This document shows, one piece after another, positions 50,257 through 60,136 of a DNA stretch of 64,000 nucleotides. Where the stretch lies: assembly GCA_963718565.1 (NCBI GenBank), contig OY970364.1, positions 1,920,001 to 1,984,000 on the forward strand. Reading direction: 5' to 3'. A program made the position numbers and the translations under genes. Under the pieces are notes generated by a model. It was not told the DNA's origin, did no database searches, and worked only from the letters and a program-made list of their open reading frames with translations. Positions within the stretch are counted from its first letter, which is position 1, and each line of letters starts with the position of its first letter. The stretch is from an uncultured Verrucomicrobiae bacterium (GTDB lineage: Bacteria > Chlamydiota > Chlamydiia > Chlamydiales > Rhabdochlamydiaceae).

Positions 50257-51376
50257 TACTCTAGAAAATTGAAGTCTGGAGAGGATTGAGTTCAATTGTT
50301 TGGAAATTGTCGTTAATTCGCTTTTTCAGCATGTCTTTTAAATTAATAACGCCAGTGTTGAAAAAATCTCTAATTTTCTCAGTAAATTCATTGAATTTTG
50401 AATACAGTGTATTATAAGTAACACACTCTCTCATAACTTTCCATAAACGCTCAATAGCATTCAAATTTGGGGAATACGGAGGTAAGTAGTGTATTTGAAT
50501 TTTGGTTTGGCTATCCAAATATTTTTGCACTTCCTTATTCTTGTTTGATCTGCCGTTGTCTAAGATTAAGTGGATTTTTTTTGCATCTGTATTAGCCGCT
50601 AACGTTTGGAGAAAATCGACCGCACTTGCAGCATCCACAGTGCTATATTCCTTCGTCACGACTTGCATTGCAGTCAATTCAATGGCACCAATAAAATGCA
50701 ATCGCTCTTGCTTAGCGGTTGTTCCTAATGTCTTTATTTCGTTTTTTAGGATCCACCCAGCCACAGACTGGCTCTGATACTCAGGGTGTACAGCATCTCC
50801 AAAGAAAATTTTCTCGCCTTCTTGGAGACCGGCTTTCAATTCATTGTATTTTTTAAGGAACGCAGCTTGTTTTTCGGGATCGAGCTTTCCTGGTACTTTG
50901 ATTGGATGTTTATAAACAAATCCATGCCTCTTCAACCAATTTGTCATACCAGCCACAGTGTATTTCACTTGATATGCGTCTAGAACGTAGAGACAAATTT
51001 TGCTCATTTTGAGATACGTTATTTGACTCAAATGTCTCCTCAGCGCATCTTCTTGGTCTAGGGTTAACTTGGAGGCCTTTCCCAAATGTGGATCATTGAT
51101 AGTTTTTTGCTTGGCATCGTATTCTCTTTGATAATCATAAACGGACGACTCGCTAATTCTTAAAATCGCCGCTATTTCCCCTGGACTGTGGCAATCATCC
51201 CTACCTAAAATGACGCATACACGGTTCCGTTCGTTGACATCTCTTGTTTTTTTTACAAGCTGTTCTAAATATAAACGCTGCTCATTGGACAACTTTTGCA
51301 TAGAAGCATTATCCACTATCGCTGAAATATTTTTTAGGGAAATTTAAAATTTTACAGAATCCAATCATGAATAGTA
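50257..51376 (-). mobile_element. IS630-family insertion sequence, copy 2
   Basis: Reverse complement of 21992-23111; TA on both sides. Confidence 0.93.
50261..51316 (-). CDS. IS630 transposase, identical protein to 22052-23107
   Basis: Identical translation. Confidence 0.96.
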   Translation of the reverse strand: MDNASMQKLSNEQRLYLEQLVKKTRDVNERNRVCVILGRDDCHSPGEIAAILRISESSVYDYQREYDAKQKTINDPHLGKASKLTLDQEDALRRHLSQITYLKMSKICLYVLDAYQVKYTVAGMTNWLKRHGFVYKHPIKVPGKLDPEKQAAFLKKYNELKAGLQEGEKIFFGDAVHPEYQSQSVAGWILKNEIKTLGTTAKQERLHFIGAIELTAMQVVTKEYSTVDAASAVDFLQTLAANTDAKKIHLILDNGRSNKNKEVQKYLDSQTKIQIHYLPPYSPNLNAIERLWKVMRECVTYNTLYSKFNEFTEKIRDFFNTGVINLKDMLKKRINDNFQTIELNPLQTSIF

Positions 51377-51402
51377 TATCCTCCCAATGCGAGGAGGCCA
51401 AA

Positions 51403-52514
51403 ATGGCCAAAACAAAAAAACAATATTCACCGGAGTTCAAGCTCAAAGTAGTACTAGAAGTGCTCAAGGGTGAGAAGACAGCAACCCAACTCGCTGGCGA
51501 GTTGGGGGTACATCCCGTAGTTCTGTCGGAATGGAAAAAACAATTTATTGAGGCAGGACCTCAGATTTTTGTAAAGACCAGGAGGTCTAGGGATACAGCA
51601 GAGGGCAAAGAAAAGGCCGAACTGTTCGAACAGATTGGAAGACTCAAGATGGAGAACGAGTGGCTTAAAAAAAAATTGGGGGCTTTGACCTGAATGAAAA
51701 ACGGGCACTCATTGAACCTCACGATATCAAATTTTCCCAAAGAGCACAGTGTAAGCTCCTCGGAGTATGTCGATCTGGATTGTACTACGAGCCACAGCAG
51801 CCTGGTGAAGAAGACTTGCGACTCATGTGCGCAATCGACAAACAGTACCTCGAAACCCCCTATTATGGGAGGCGTCGAATGACAGTGGCAATGAGAAAAC
51901 TAGGATTTGTCGTGGGACAGAAAAAAGTGCGAACAGCGATGCAGGTGATGGGGATAGAGGCGATCTATCCAAAGCCGAACCTGAGCGCTGGGAATAAACA
52001 GCATAAAAAGTTCCCGTATTTACTGAGGGGCCTAATTGTTGATCGTTCCGATCAAGCTTGGGCAGCTGACATCACTTACATTCCATTAACAAAAGGATTC
52101 GGATATCTGTTTGCAATCATAGACTGGTATAGTCGGTACGTGATTGAGTGGGAGCTCTCAAATCTGCTTGATACAGAATTTTGCATGGAGGCATTGCAAA
52201 GGAGTCTTTGGCAAAAAAGACCTGAGATATTTAATACTGATCAAGGTGTGCAGTTTACGAGTAGTCAATTCACCGGGAAACTTGAAGAGAATGGGATTAA
52301 AATCAGTATGGACGGGAAGGGTCGAGCTCTTGATAACGTGTTTATTGAGAGGCTGTGGAGAAGCGTGAAGTATGAAGAAATTTACCCGAAAGGATACGAG
52401 AGCATGAAAGAGGTTCGATCGGGGCTGAAAAAGTACTTTGAGTTTTACAACAACAAGCGACCCCATCAGGGTCTCGATTATCGAACCCCAGCAGAGGTGT
52501 ATTATGGGACATAA
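51403..52514 (+). CDS. IS3 transposase orfA (51403-51693) / orfB with probable programmed -1 frameshift
   Basis: YSPEFKLKVV HTH; A9 run at 51667-51675; WAADITY, NTDQGVQF, DNVFIERLWRSVKYE. Confidence 0.92.
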
Positions 52515-53076
52515 GAAAAAGAAAGGGGCTTTGCCCCTTGAACCCCAGCAAAGGGCTGACTGCCCTTTGCAAACCCGTGGGCTTTTGTATAGGGCCCTGG
52601 GAGTTAGATTAAACAACAGAGGAGATTAGCTTAGATTTCTCGATTTTTGGTCTAGACAAAAGGAACCACTTTATTTGATGTGGACATAGGAAAGCCTCCT
52701 TAAGGTTTAGTCTCCTAAGGTTCTTTTCCTGTGTCCGCTCTTTTTTTTCAAAAAAATACTTTACATTCTGCTTCTTCCTGCACAATCGCTATAGTTTAAT
52801 TTTTCAACTCGTTAAACCTGTTCTCTATGGGAAGGTCCTCATTCGTCGGATGAACCAAAATATTTCTAATTAATATTGCCATATAATTAATATGTTAATT
52901 GTCAAATAGTTATAAGCATATTAACTTTTTTAAAGTATTGCGAAGTAATAATTATCATAATAATTGTATTTATAAAAACAAGCTAAACAAAGTAATAATT
53001 ATCATAGATATAATTACATTATTTACCTTATAATTGTGTTTATAAAACAAACTAAACAATCAATTAAGGTGGTTTT

Positions 53077-53679
53077 ATGACAGTATTTACAGGTGATCTT
53101 TCCCCTAGTTTTGGGAAAACTACAAGCCCTAATGTTTCCCCTGATGACAATGCGCAAAAAAAATATTGTGTTCTCATTGCCGAAGATGCCGAGATGTTTT
53201 TAAAACTCATCAGAAAAAACATCATTGAAAAACAATCGGAACGCAACTATGAAATCGATCTTGTAAATGATGGGGAACAAGCTATTGATAAAGTAAAAAG
53301 CAAGAAATACGACCTCGTCATTCTAGATAATCAAATGCCAAAAAAGACTGGACTCCAAGCTTTAGAAGAAATTCGCAAAAACGACCCAACAGTGGCTATT
53401 GTCTTTCAAAGCAGCGACGATGTGGAAACGTTAAAAAGAGAAAGTGAACCGTACACTGTCCACCATTTTATGCCGAAATTAACGAAGCTCGAGCAACTGG
53501 ATGAAGCAATTAAGAAAGTAAAGGGAGGAGTTGTCAGTAGTGAACAAAACCAATCTTCTCATAGTCCTGTCGTTAACAAAACTGAGTACAAAACTATCTG
53601 CCCAAGAATTTCTCTTATTGCAGCAGTAGTACTCGTCGCAGCAGTAACTGTGACAGCAGCGACAGCGGCATATGTATAA
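53077..53679 (+). CDS. Orphan receiver-domain protein with C-terminal hydrophobic tail
   Basis: LIAEDA, ILDNQMP..TG, FQSS, FMPK; tail ISLIAAVVLVAAVTVTAATAAYV. Confidence 0.85.
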   Translation: MTVFTGDLSPSFGKTTSPNVSPDDNAQKKYCVLIAEDAEMFLKLIRKNIIEKQSERNYEIDLVNDGEQAIDKVKSKKYDLVILDNQMPKKTGLQALEEIRKNDPTVAIVFQSSDDVETLKRESEPYTVHHFMPKLTKLEQLDEAIKKVKGGVVSSEQNQSSHSPVVNKTEYKTICPRISLIAAVVLVAAVTVTAATAAYV

Positions 53680-53685
53680 TTTCGA

Positions 53686-53713
53686 TTGGGTTTCTTTTAT
53701 AAAAGAAACCCAA
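53686..53713. repeat. 28-bp perfect palindrome (family P core), possible bidirectional terminator
   Basis: ttgggtttctttta|taaaagaaacccaa. Confidence 0.85.
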
Positions 53714-53852
53714 AATCAGTGGATTGAAGGTTAAAAAGGCTCAAGTTCCCTTTTGCTCTTGAGTTCGGTAATGATGTTGACGATAGGAAGAACTGCCGTC
53801 AGTGTCATAAAAACCAATCCCATTTTTCTGATATTTTGCAGTGATTGACTCA

Positions 53853-54491
53853 TTAAATTAAACTGTTTTTTTGCAATTTTAAGAGACTGCAAATGGGACA
53901 TTGTTCTTGTTTGTGTCCACGTGCGGGACAATATTTTCTTCCGAAATAGATCATCTGCAGATGCAATTTATTCCATGTCTTCTTGGGAAAAAGTTCTTTT
54001 AAATCTTTTTCTGTCTGCTTGACGTTTTTTCCCGAACTCAAGCCCCAACGTTTTGCCAAGCGGTGGATGTGTGTGTCAATGGGGAATGCCGGTTTATGAA
54101 ATGCCTGAATCATGACGACAGAAGCTGTTTTATGCCCGACCCCAGGGAGCGCCTCTAATTCTGAGAATGAAGCGGGAACTTCGCTGTGATGTTTCTCAAG
54201 CAAGATCCTCGAAAGGTTCCAAATTGTTTTGGCTTTGGTGTTGCTAAGTCCGCAAGGTTTGATGATTGCAGCAATTTCCTCGATGGAAAGAGAGATCATC
54301 TTTTCGGGTGTAGATGCTTTAGCAAAAAGATGAGGAGTCACTTGGTTCACACGGACATCTGTGCTTTGCGCTGAAAGAAGAACAGCGATCAATAACGTGT
54401 AGGGATCCTTGTGGGAAAGAGGAATAGCGGGATTAGGAAAGAGTTTCTTGAGGATGCGCTGAATCTGTTTGGCCTTTTCTTTTTTGGTCAT
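53853..54491 (-). CDS. nth: Endonuclease III
   Basis: LSAQSTD, LPGVGHKTA, IDTHIHR, C-x6-C-x2-C. Confidence 0.96.
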   Translation of the reverse strand: MTKKEKAKQIQRILKKLFPNPAIPLSHKDPYTLLIAVLLSAQSTDVRVNQVTPHLFAKASTPEKMISLSIEEIAAIIKPCGLSNTKAKTIWNLSRILLEKHHSEVPASFSELEALPGVGHKTASVVMIQAFHKPAFPIDTHIHRLAKRWGLSSGKNVKQTEKDLKELFPKKTWNKLHLQMIYFGRKYCPARGHKQEQCPICSLLKLQKNSLI

Positions 54492-55867
54492 TATTTTCCT
54501 ATGCAAAATTTGGAAAAGATCGCTGAAAGAATGTCTTCAGTGATATTTGTCCCAATAATCGTCCCCAATTCAGTAAGCACTTTGCGCATGTCCGCAGAAA
54601 TGAATTCAGGAGAGATATTCGATTGTAATCCTTCAATGAGGATTTGCAAGGCTAAAATGGCATGTGCCAAAGCTTGATGGTGTCGCAGGCTAGTGATGAC
54701 CACTTCTCCCTTTGCAGGAGGTTTTTTTTGCCAGATCAAATGATCGATGTGTTGGTGCAAGAGATCAAGCCCCGTGCCTTCCTTAGCTGAAATACACACA
54801 ACATGTGCAAAATCGAGCGGAACCGGAGCGGCATTGGGCAGATCAATCTTATTCCAGATGAGGAGTGTTTTTTCCTTGGGAGTATGGGAGACTAAATTCT
54901 GAGACTCCGGACAAATCCCACGCGCAGCATCGAGAACGAGTAAGATCAAATCCGCCTGTTTCATCGCCTCTTTGGAACGACGAATACCCTCTTGTTCGAT
55001 CCTCTCTTGCGTCTCGCGAATGCCTGCAGTATCGATCAAATGAAAATGAAGATCTCCTAACTTCAGGCTCTCTTCAATGAGATCACGCGTAGTTCCGGGA
55101 ATATCTGTGACTATGGCGCGCTCTTTTCCGAGAAGAGCGTTCATCAATGAAGATTTCCCCACATTTGGCGGTCCTGCCAAACAGAGCGAAATGCCATGGC
55201 TGACGATTTTTCCATTATGGAATGTCGCGGCCAGTTTTTGCATCCGTTGCAACAGTTCGTGTAAAGCGCCAATGACCTCGTCCATTGTGGCAAATTCGAG
55301 GTCCTCTTCAGGAAAATCAACCCAGGCTTCCAAAATAGCAGCGATATCGACGAGTTTTGTTTGAAAAGAACGGACTAACTTGGAGAGTTTTCCTTGCAGT
55401 TGTTGTTCTGCTGCTTGCAATGCAAGATCATTTTTCGCACCGATGAGCTCTTGGACGGCTTCTGCTTGAGTGAGATCGAGCTTACCATTGATGAAAGCTT
55501 TAAAAGTGAATTCCCCGGGCTGGGCAGCTCTTGCGCCTGCGTTTAAAATTGTCTCCAGAACACGCCGGCTGATCAAAGTTCCTCCGTGGCAATGAATTTC
55601 GATCGTGTCTTCGCCTGTATAAGACTTTGGGGTGAGCATCACAAGTGCAAGGACTTCATCGACGACATTTCCCTCTGAATCGATCACTTTACCAAAATGA
55701 GCCGTATGCGTTTTGTAAGAGCGTATAGGACCGGAGAAGATTTTTTCCGCAACCGCGACGGCATCATTTCCAGAAATCCGAATAATCGCAACCCCGCCTT
55801 CTCCGGGGGGAGTGGCGATGGCTGCAATCGTATCTCCAAGCTGATAAGGGCGGTGGACAAATTCCAT
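54491..55867 (-). CDS. mnmE: tRNA modification GTPase MnmE
   Basis: DTIAAIATPPG, GPPNVGKSS, GTTRD, DTAGIR, FCIGK. Confidence 0.98.
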   Translation of the reverse strand: MEFVHRPYQLGDTIAAIATPPGEGGVAIIRISGNDAVAVAEKIFSGPIRSYKTHTAHFGKVIDSEGNVVDEVLALVMLTPKSYTGEDTIEIHCHGGTLISRRVLETILNAGARAAQPGEFTFKAFINGKLDLTQAEAVQELIGAKNDLALQAAEQQLQGKLSKLVRSFQTKLVDIAAILEAWVDFPEEDLEFATMDEVIGALHELLQRMQKLAATFHNGKIVSHGISLCLAGPPNVGKSSLMNALLGKERAIVTDIPGTTRDLIEESLKLGDLHFHLIDTAGIRETQERIEQEGIRRSKEAMKQADLILLVLDAARGICPESQNLVSHTPKEKTLLIWNKIDLPNAAPVPLDFAHVVCISAKEGTGLDLLHQHIDHLIWQKKPPAKGEVVITSLRHHQALAHAILALQILIEGLQSNISPEFISADMRKVLTELGTIIGTNITEDILSAIFSKFCIGK

Positions 55868-55958
55868 AATTTTTTTGATTAAATTCTGAAGAGATCATAA
55901 CCGATTTTCATTCTCATGACAAGAACATGAAACAAAGATTATATAGAAATAATGCATC

Positions 55959-56012
55959 GGTACGTCCTTAAAAACTCATGGCAAAAGTTGAAGACCATTT
56001 TGATCCATCCAA
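55959..56012. mobile_element. MITE family B, single arm
   Basis: ggtacgtccttaaaaactcatggcaaaagttgaagaccattttgatcc. Confidence 0.8.
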
Positions 56013-56035
56013 TGGATATGGCCGCATCCTTATTT

Positions 56036-56638
56036 TTAGATGCAACGCAGCGCTGCCGTGATCAATTTAGCAAGCTCGGGTTCTCCCTCAATCTTGCTCA
56101 ATGCTGTTTTGATCGCTTTTTGGGCTTGCGAACTATTATAGCCAAGATGGATCAGCGCGGAGAGGGCATCTGCAACCGGGCCTATTTTTTCGTCTGTATT
56201 TTGCGGCTGTGGCTCGGCTGCTGATCTGTCCATATTTTTTTTCATTTTATCGCGCATTTCGACGATCAAACGTTCGGCGGTTTTTTTGCCAATGCCAGGG
56301 ATTTTGCAGATGAGATGAATGTCCCCTTGTCCAATAGCTGCTTGCAGATCGCGGGTTTCCATATGGCCGATAAGGCCGAGCGAAGTTTTAGGCCCGATCC
56401 CAGAAACTTCGAGCAGGTTTTCGAAGAGGTCGCGTTGATGCCGTGTTAAAAACCCATATAACTTTTGAGAATCTTCGCGAACGATAAATGAGACGTAAAA
56501 AATCATCATGGATCCCAAAGGAGGCAATTTGGAGAAATTGTTAAAGGGGATCAGCAAACTGTAAGCTAAGCCTTGCACTTCGAGGACTACTTTTGAAATG
56601 GAAGATTCAATCAGCGTGCCTTTGACGTATTCGTACAT
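56036..56638 (-). CDS. ruvA: Holliday junction branch migration protein RuvA
   Basis: VREDSQKLYGF, VSGIGPK, IPGIGKKTAER, ALIHLGY. Confidence 0.97.
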   Translation of the reverse strand: MYEYVKGTLIESSISKVVLEVQGLAYSLLIPFNNFSKLPPLGSMMIFYVSFIVREDSQKLYGFLTRHQRDLFENLLEVSGIGPKTSLGLIGHMETRDLQAAIGQGDIHLICKIPGIGKKTAERLIVEMRDKMKKNMDRSAAEPQPQNTDEKIGPVADALSALIHLGYNSSQAQKAIKTALSKIEGEPELAKLITAALRCI

Positions 56639-57153
56639 ATTTGCATCCGATGTTGAAAGCTTAAGGTGTTCGCGTGGCATACCGCTAGTGCGAGCGCATC
56701 TGCAGCATCTTCAGGTTCTGGAAGGACAGGGAGCTTCAATAGAAGCTGGATCATCTTTTGCACTTGTTCTTTGCTTGCACTGCCGTTGCCGACGACAGCG
56801 AGTTTAGCTTTTTTGGGTGCATATTCGTAAATCGGGATGTTGCGTTTTGCTGCAGCAAGAAGCACGACGCCGCGTGCCATTCCCAATTTCATTGCGCTTT
56901 GCACATTTTTATAAACGAATTGGGTTTCGACAGCAACGGCATTCGGCGTGTATTTTTCAAGAAGCAATTCCAAGCCATTAAAAAGAGCAAGATAGCGGGC
57001 AGGAGGGTTGAGATGGACTGGAGGACGGATACAGCCGAAATCAATAGGCTCAAGCTGAAGGTTGCTCCCCACTTTAAGAATCCCATATCCGGTAATACGA
57101 GTCCCTGGATCAACGCCGAGAATGATCTGAGCATCATCATCAGATAAAGTCAT
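56611..57153 (-). CDS. ruvC: Holliday junction resolvase RuvC
   Basis: ILGVDPG, AVETQF, GNGSASKEQV, DAADALA. Confidence 0.97.
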   Translation of the reverse strand: MTLSDDDAQIILGVDPGTRITGYGILKVGSNLQLEPIDFGCIRPPVHLNPPARYLALFNGLELLLEKYTPNAVAVETQFVYKNVQSAMKLGMARGVVLLAAAKRNIPIYEYAPKKAKLAVVGNGSASKEQVQKMIQLLLKLPVLPEPEDAADALALAVCHANTLSFQHRMQICTNTSKAR

Positions 57154-57815
57154 CGTTCGGCCATAGAGATTTTGGAAAGTTTTTCTAAAACGTAAAGTGG
57201 AGATGTTCGCGGATGGATAAGAGCAGAAGAAGGGACGATGAAAGTTTGTTCTAAAGCATATTGTCCAGCGATTGCTGCATGAGAGACTTGATCGCTAAAT
57301 ACAGCCCAGCAGGAATTTGGAGGAAATTCCCACTGGTTTTTAGTGCACGTTTGTTGAAATTCTTCATTTTCTTTTAAAAAATCATGCAGATTCAACATGA
57401 ATGTATCATAGGGAGAGCGTAAGCTGATTGGCAGGCCCAATTTTTTGACTCCTTTTATCAGGGAACGAAACAGCGTCTTGCGAGGGAAAGGCACTTCTTT
57501 GCCTCCGAATCTCTTAGCGAGTACTTCAAAGGGATCTGATGTGAGCCACTTTCGTTTCGATTGCTGCTCAGATAAACTCACTGCATTGCTGATCGTATCT
57601 GTTTTGGGCTTATAAGCGATATTCTTATGATTTTTACCTGCCGTTTGCCCCTGGGCAAGCAGAAATTGAAGGTCATCATTCGGAAATGCAAAGGGAATAT
57701 GGGGGATAAATAAAATATTTCCTGCCTCGAGCTCTTTACAGTAACGATCTCTATTGCCCTTAGAAGAGAGAACATCGGAAAGAGCGTCTTTTTCAATCGT
57801 GATTAGTTTGGTCAT
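57150..57815 (-). pseudogene. Kdo hydroxylase (KdoO) family protein with apparent internal in-frame deletion
   Basis: LEAGNIL, KNIAY, RSPYDTFMLNLHD, FSDQVSHAAIAGQYALEQTF; central HxD segment missing. Confidence 0.7.
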
Positions 57816-57827
57816 GCAAACATCTCC

Positions 57828-58817
57828 TTACAAACTGTTTATTTTTTCAGAAAAGTACTTTGCCAGTCCTTCATGATGTCTTTCAAGCCATTTTTTAAAC
57901 TTTTCTGTTTGTTTGATAAGCTCTTCTTTGGAGGGCTGGAAATCTTTTAGAGAAGGGTTATCGTGGTAAGAACCAATATCAATTTCGATGACTTGGTTTT
58001 CAATCAGCCCAAAATTTGTTCGAACATTAAAATCGCGGTCCGCAATGCCCTGGCGACATTGTTCTCTCATTAAATCTAGCATCGAATCGATGTACTGTCT
58101 GCACAGCTCTAAATTGTTTTGCTTAATGAGTTTTTTAAATGTTTTGCGGACGGGTGCTGCTTTTTTTTGAATCACAAAGTCTGTATGGCTAAGTTCGATG
58201 GTATGCGCAATCCCCAATTTATCGTAGATGACCAAGGGTTGTTGAATCAAGGGATTGCTTGAGAATTGCACGTAGACCAGTCCAGTCTGTTCTTTGAATT
58301 TCTCATAGGCGGTTTTGCAGCTTTGAAATAGATAAGGGTAGGTTTGATGTCGATGTTTTTCCAGAAGCTTTACACGGAAAAAATCCAGGGAAAAAGGGAA
58401 AGAAACCCTACTTAGCCAATTCCAAAAACGCATGTGGTGCTGTTTGAAAAATTTAATAATTGTTTTTCCATCGGCGCCGATAAAAATAAAACATTGGCCC
58501 CCTTTTGCATAAAAATAAAAGGGCTGATCGAGGAGATGAGCGGCTTGTAAAAGTTCCTCATCCGGAATTTGAGCAAGCCTTTCTTTTTCAAGCCTGGGCT
58601 TGGAGATAATTTTTGAAATGGTAAATCCTGCAGTCATTTTATGGCAAAATTGTGCAATGCAGGCAAAAGCGCCAATGAAAAGGACGATCTTTAAAATTAT
58701 TGTATGGATTTTAAAGCGGCTTCGGAGACTCGAAAAAATGGTGCGGAATGCCGAGATCACTAAAAACCTGAGTTTTGAGTTTATTTTATAGTAGATCGGT
58801 ATACTTAGAGTGTACAA
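57828..58817 (-). CDS. Membrane-anchored protein-kinase-like fold protein (start uncertain)
   Basis: AKGGQCFIF, IIKFFK, DRDFNVRTNFG, EIDIG. Confidence 0.7.
   Translation of the reverse strand: MYTLSIPIYYKINSKLRFLVISAFRTIFSSLRSRFKIHTIILKIVLFIGAFACIAQFCHKMTAGFTISKIISKPRLEKERLAQIPDEELLQAAHLLDQPFYFYAKGGQCFIFIGADGKTIIKFFKQHHMRFWNWLSRVSFPFSLDFFRVKLLEKHRHQTYPYLFQSCKTAYEKFKEQTGLVYVQFSSNPLIQQPLVIYDKLGIAHTIELSHTDFVIQKKAAPVRKTFKKLIKQNNLELCRQYIDSMLDLMREQCRQGIADRDFNVRTNFGLIENQVIEIDIGSYHDNPSLKDFQPSKEELIKQTEKFKKWLERHHEGLAKYFSEKINSL
58764..58790. repeat. Half copy of palindrome family P
   Basis: aaacctgagttttgagtttattttata vs aaacctgagttttgggttcattttata at 5572. Confidence 0.7.
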
Positions 58818-59065
58818 AATTCCCCATCCCTTGGTATTTTTTTAGTCTATACCGAAATGAATTCAAGATTTGGGAATTTGGCAAGGCTGCGGATACTTTG
58901 AAAATGTCCAGTGGATATTTTCAAAGAGGAGCAGGTCCCTCAGTAGGCTCCTCTATGTTTTTATAGGTAGCGATTGTGTTAATGGTTGACTTTACTTTCG
59001 ATGAACGCTACTTTGAGAGAGGCTGAGAAAGTGTTAAAAATATTTTATGGATTTAATCATCGTCA

Positions 59066-60133
59066 ATGGAATCTCTTCGTAGCTTAACGCCGCGGAATAT
59101 CATTGTGCGTATGCCAAACTGGATCGGTGATCTTGTCATGGCCACGCCAATTCTCTCCGATTTAAGAAAGGTGTATCCAGAGGCCCATATCACTGCGATG
59201 TGCCGCTCTCCCATATGTGAACTTTTAAAAGAAGATCCCGAGATTAATGAATTATTTTGTTTTAGCAAGGCAAGTGGGTTTGGGCGAAGAATGGATAGAC
59301 GCAATATCATCGAAAAATTGAAAAAAGGTCATTACGATCTGGGGATTTTGCTGACGCATTCTTTCTCTTCCGCATGGTGGTTCTGGCTCGGCAAAGTGGG
59401 TATTCGCCTAGGTTATGAATGCAACGGTCGCAAGCCTCTTCTAACCCACAGTTTTCCTTTCCCTAAAAACATTCAAAATCAGCATCTTGTCGTTACTTAC
59501 AAGATGTTGCTCGAACCCCTCGGTATTCCCATCTCTGATACTCCGCCTCGTCTTTATCTCTCTCCTAAAGAACTCCATGATGCTCGCACTCTTCTACGTC
59601 AACATGGAGTGCCCGACGCCGCTTTGATTGTGGGCATTAATCCAGGGGCCACCTATGGGTCTGCCAAATGCTGGTTGCCTGAACGTTTCCGCGAAGTCAC
59701 TGAACGATTGCTTCGAGATAAAGATATTTACATCGTCTATTTTGGGGATCAGGCAACAGTGTCTTTGGTCAAAGAAATTTGCACGGATCTGCCATCACGA
59801 GTGGTCAACTTGGCAGGCCAGACCTCTTTGCGCGAGCTCTCTAGTTTAATCAGCCATTGCGATGTGATCCTTACTAATGACAGTGGACCGATGCATATCG
59901 CGGATGCGCTAGGCACGTCCATCGTTGCCCTTTTTGGATCGACAAGCGAAATTATTACAGGCCCTTACCGTTCGGGGACTCTCATCCATAAACATGTCGA
60001 GTGTTCTCCGTGTTATCAGCGCACTTGTCCCATCGATTTTCGCTGCATGAAAAGAATTGAGGCTGATGAAGTTTATGAAGCTATCCATAAAATCTTGGGT
60101 GCCAAGCGTTCTAAATTGCGTGTGATTGCTTAG
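59066..60133 (+). CDS. waaF: LPS heptosyltransferase II (GT9)
   Basis: PNWIGDLVMA, NPGATYGSAKCW, NDSGPMHIA. Confidence 0.9.
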   Translation: MESLRSLTPRNIIVRMPNWIGDLVMATPILSDLRKVYPEAHITAMCRSPICELLKEDPEINELFCFSKASGFGRRMDRRNIIEKLKKGHYDLGILLTHSFSSAWWFWLGKVGIRLGYECNGRKPLLTHSFPFPKNIQNQHLVVTYKMLLEPLGIPISDTPPRLYLSPKELHDARTLLRQHGVPDAALIVGINPGATYGSAKCWLPERFREVTERLLRDKDIYIVYFGDQATVSLVKEICTDLPSRVVNLAGQTSLRELSSLISHCDVILTNDSGPMHIADALGTSIVALFGSTSEIITGPYRSGTLIHKHVECSPCYQRTCPIDFRCMKRIEADEVYEAIHKILGAKRSKLRVIA

Positions 60134-60136
60134 TAT

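Larger units (their letters stand above)
50216..52673 (+). mobile_element. IS3-family element carrying a nested IS630
   Basis: Imperfect IRs tataatggtccccaaaatttagacca / tggtctagacaaaaggaaccacttta; about 1.34 kb after removing the IS630. Confidence 0.85.
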
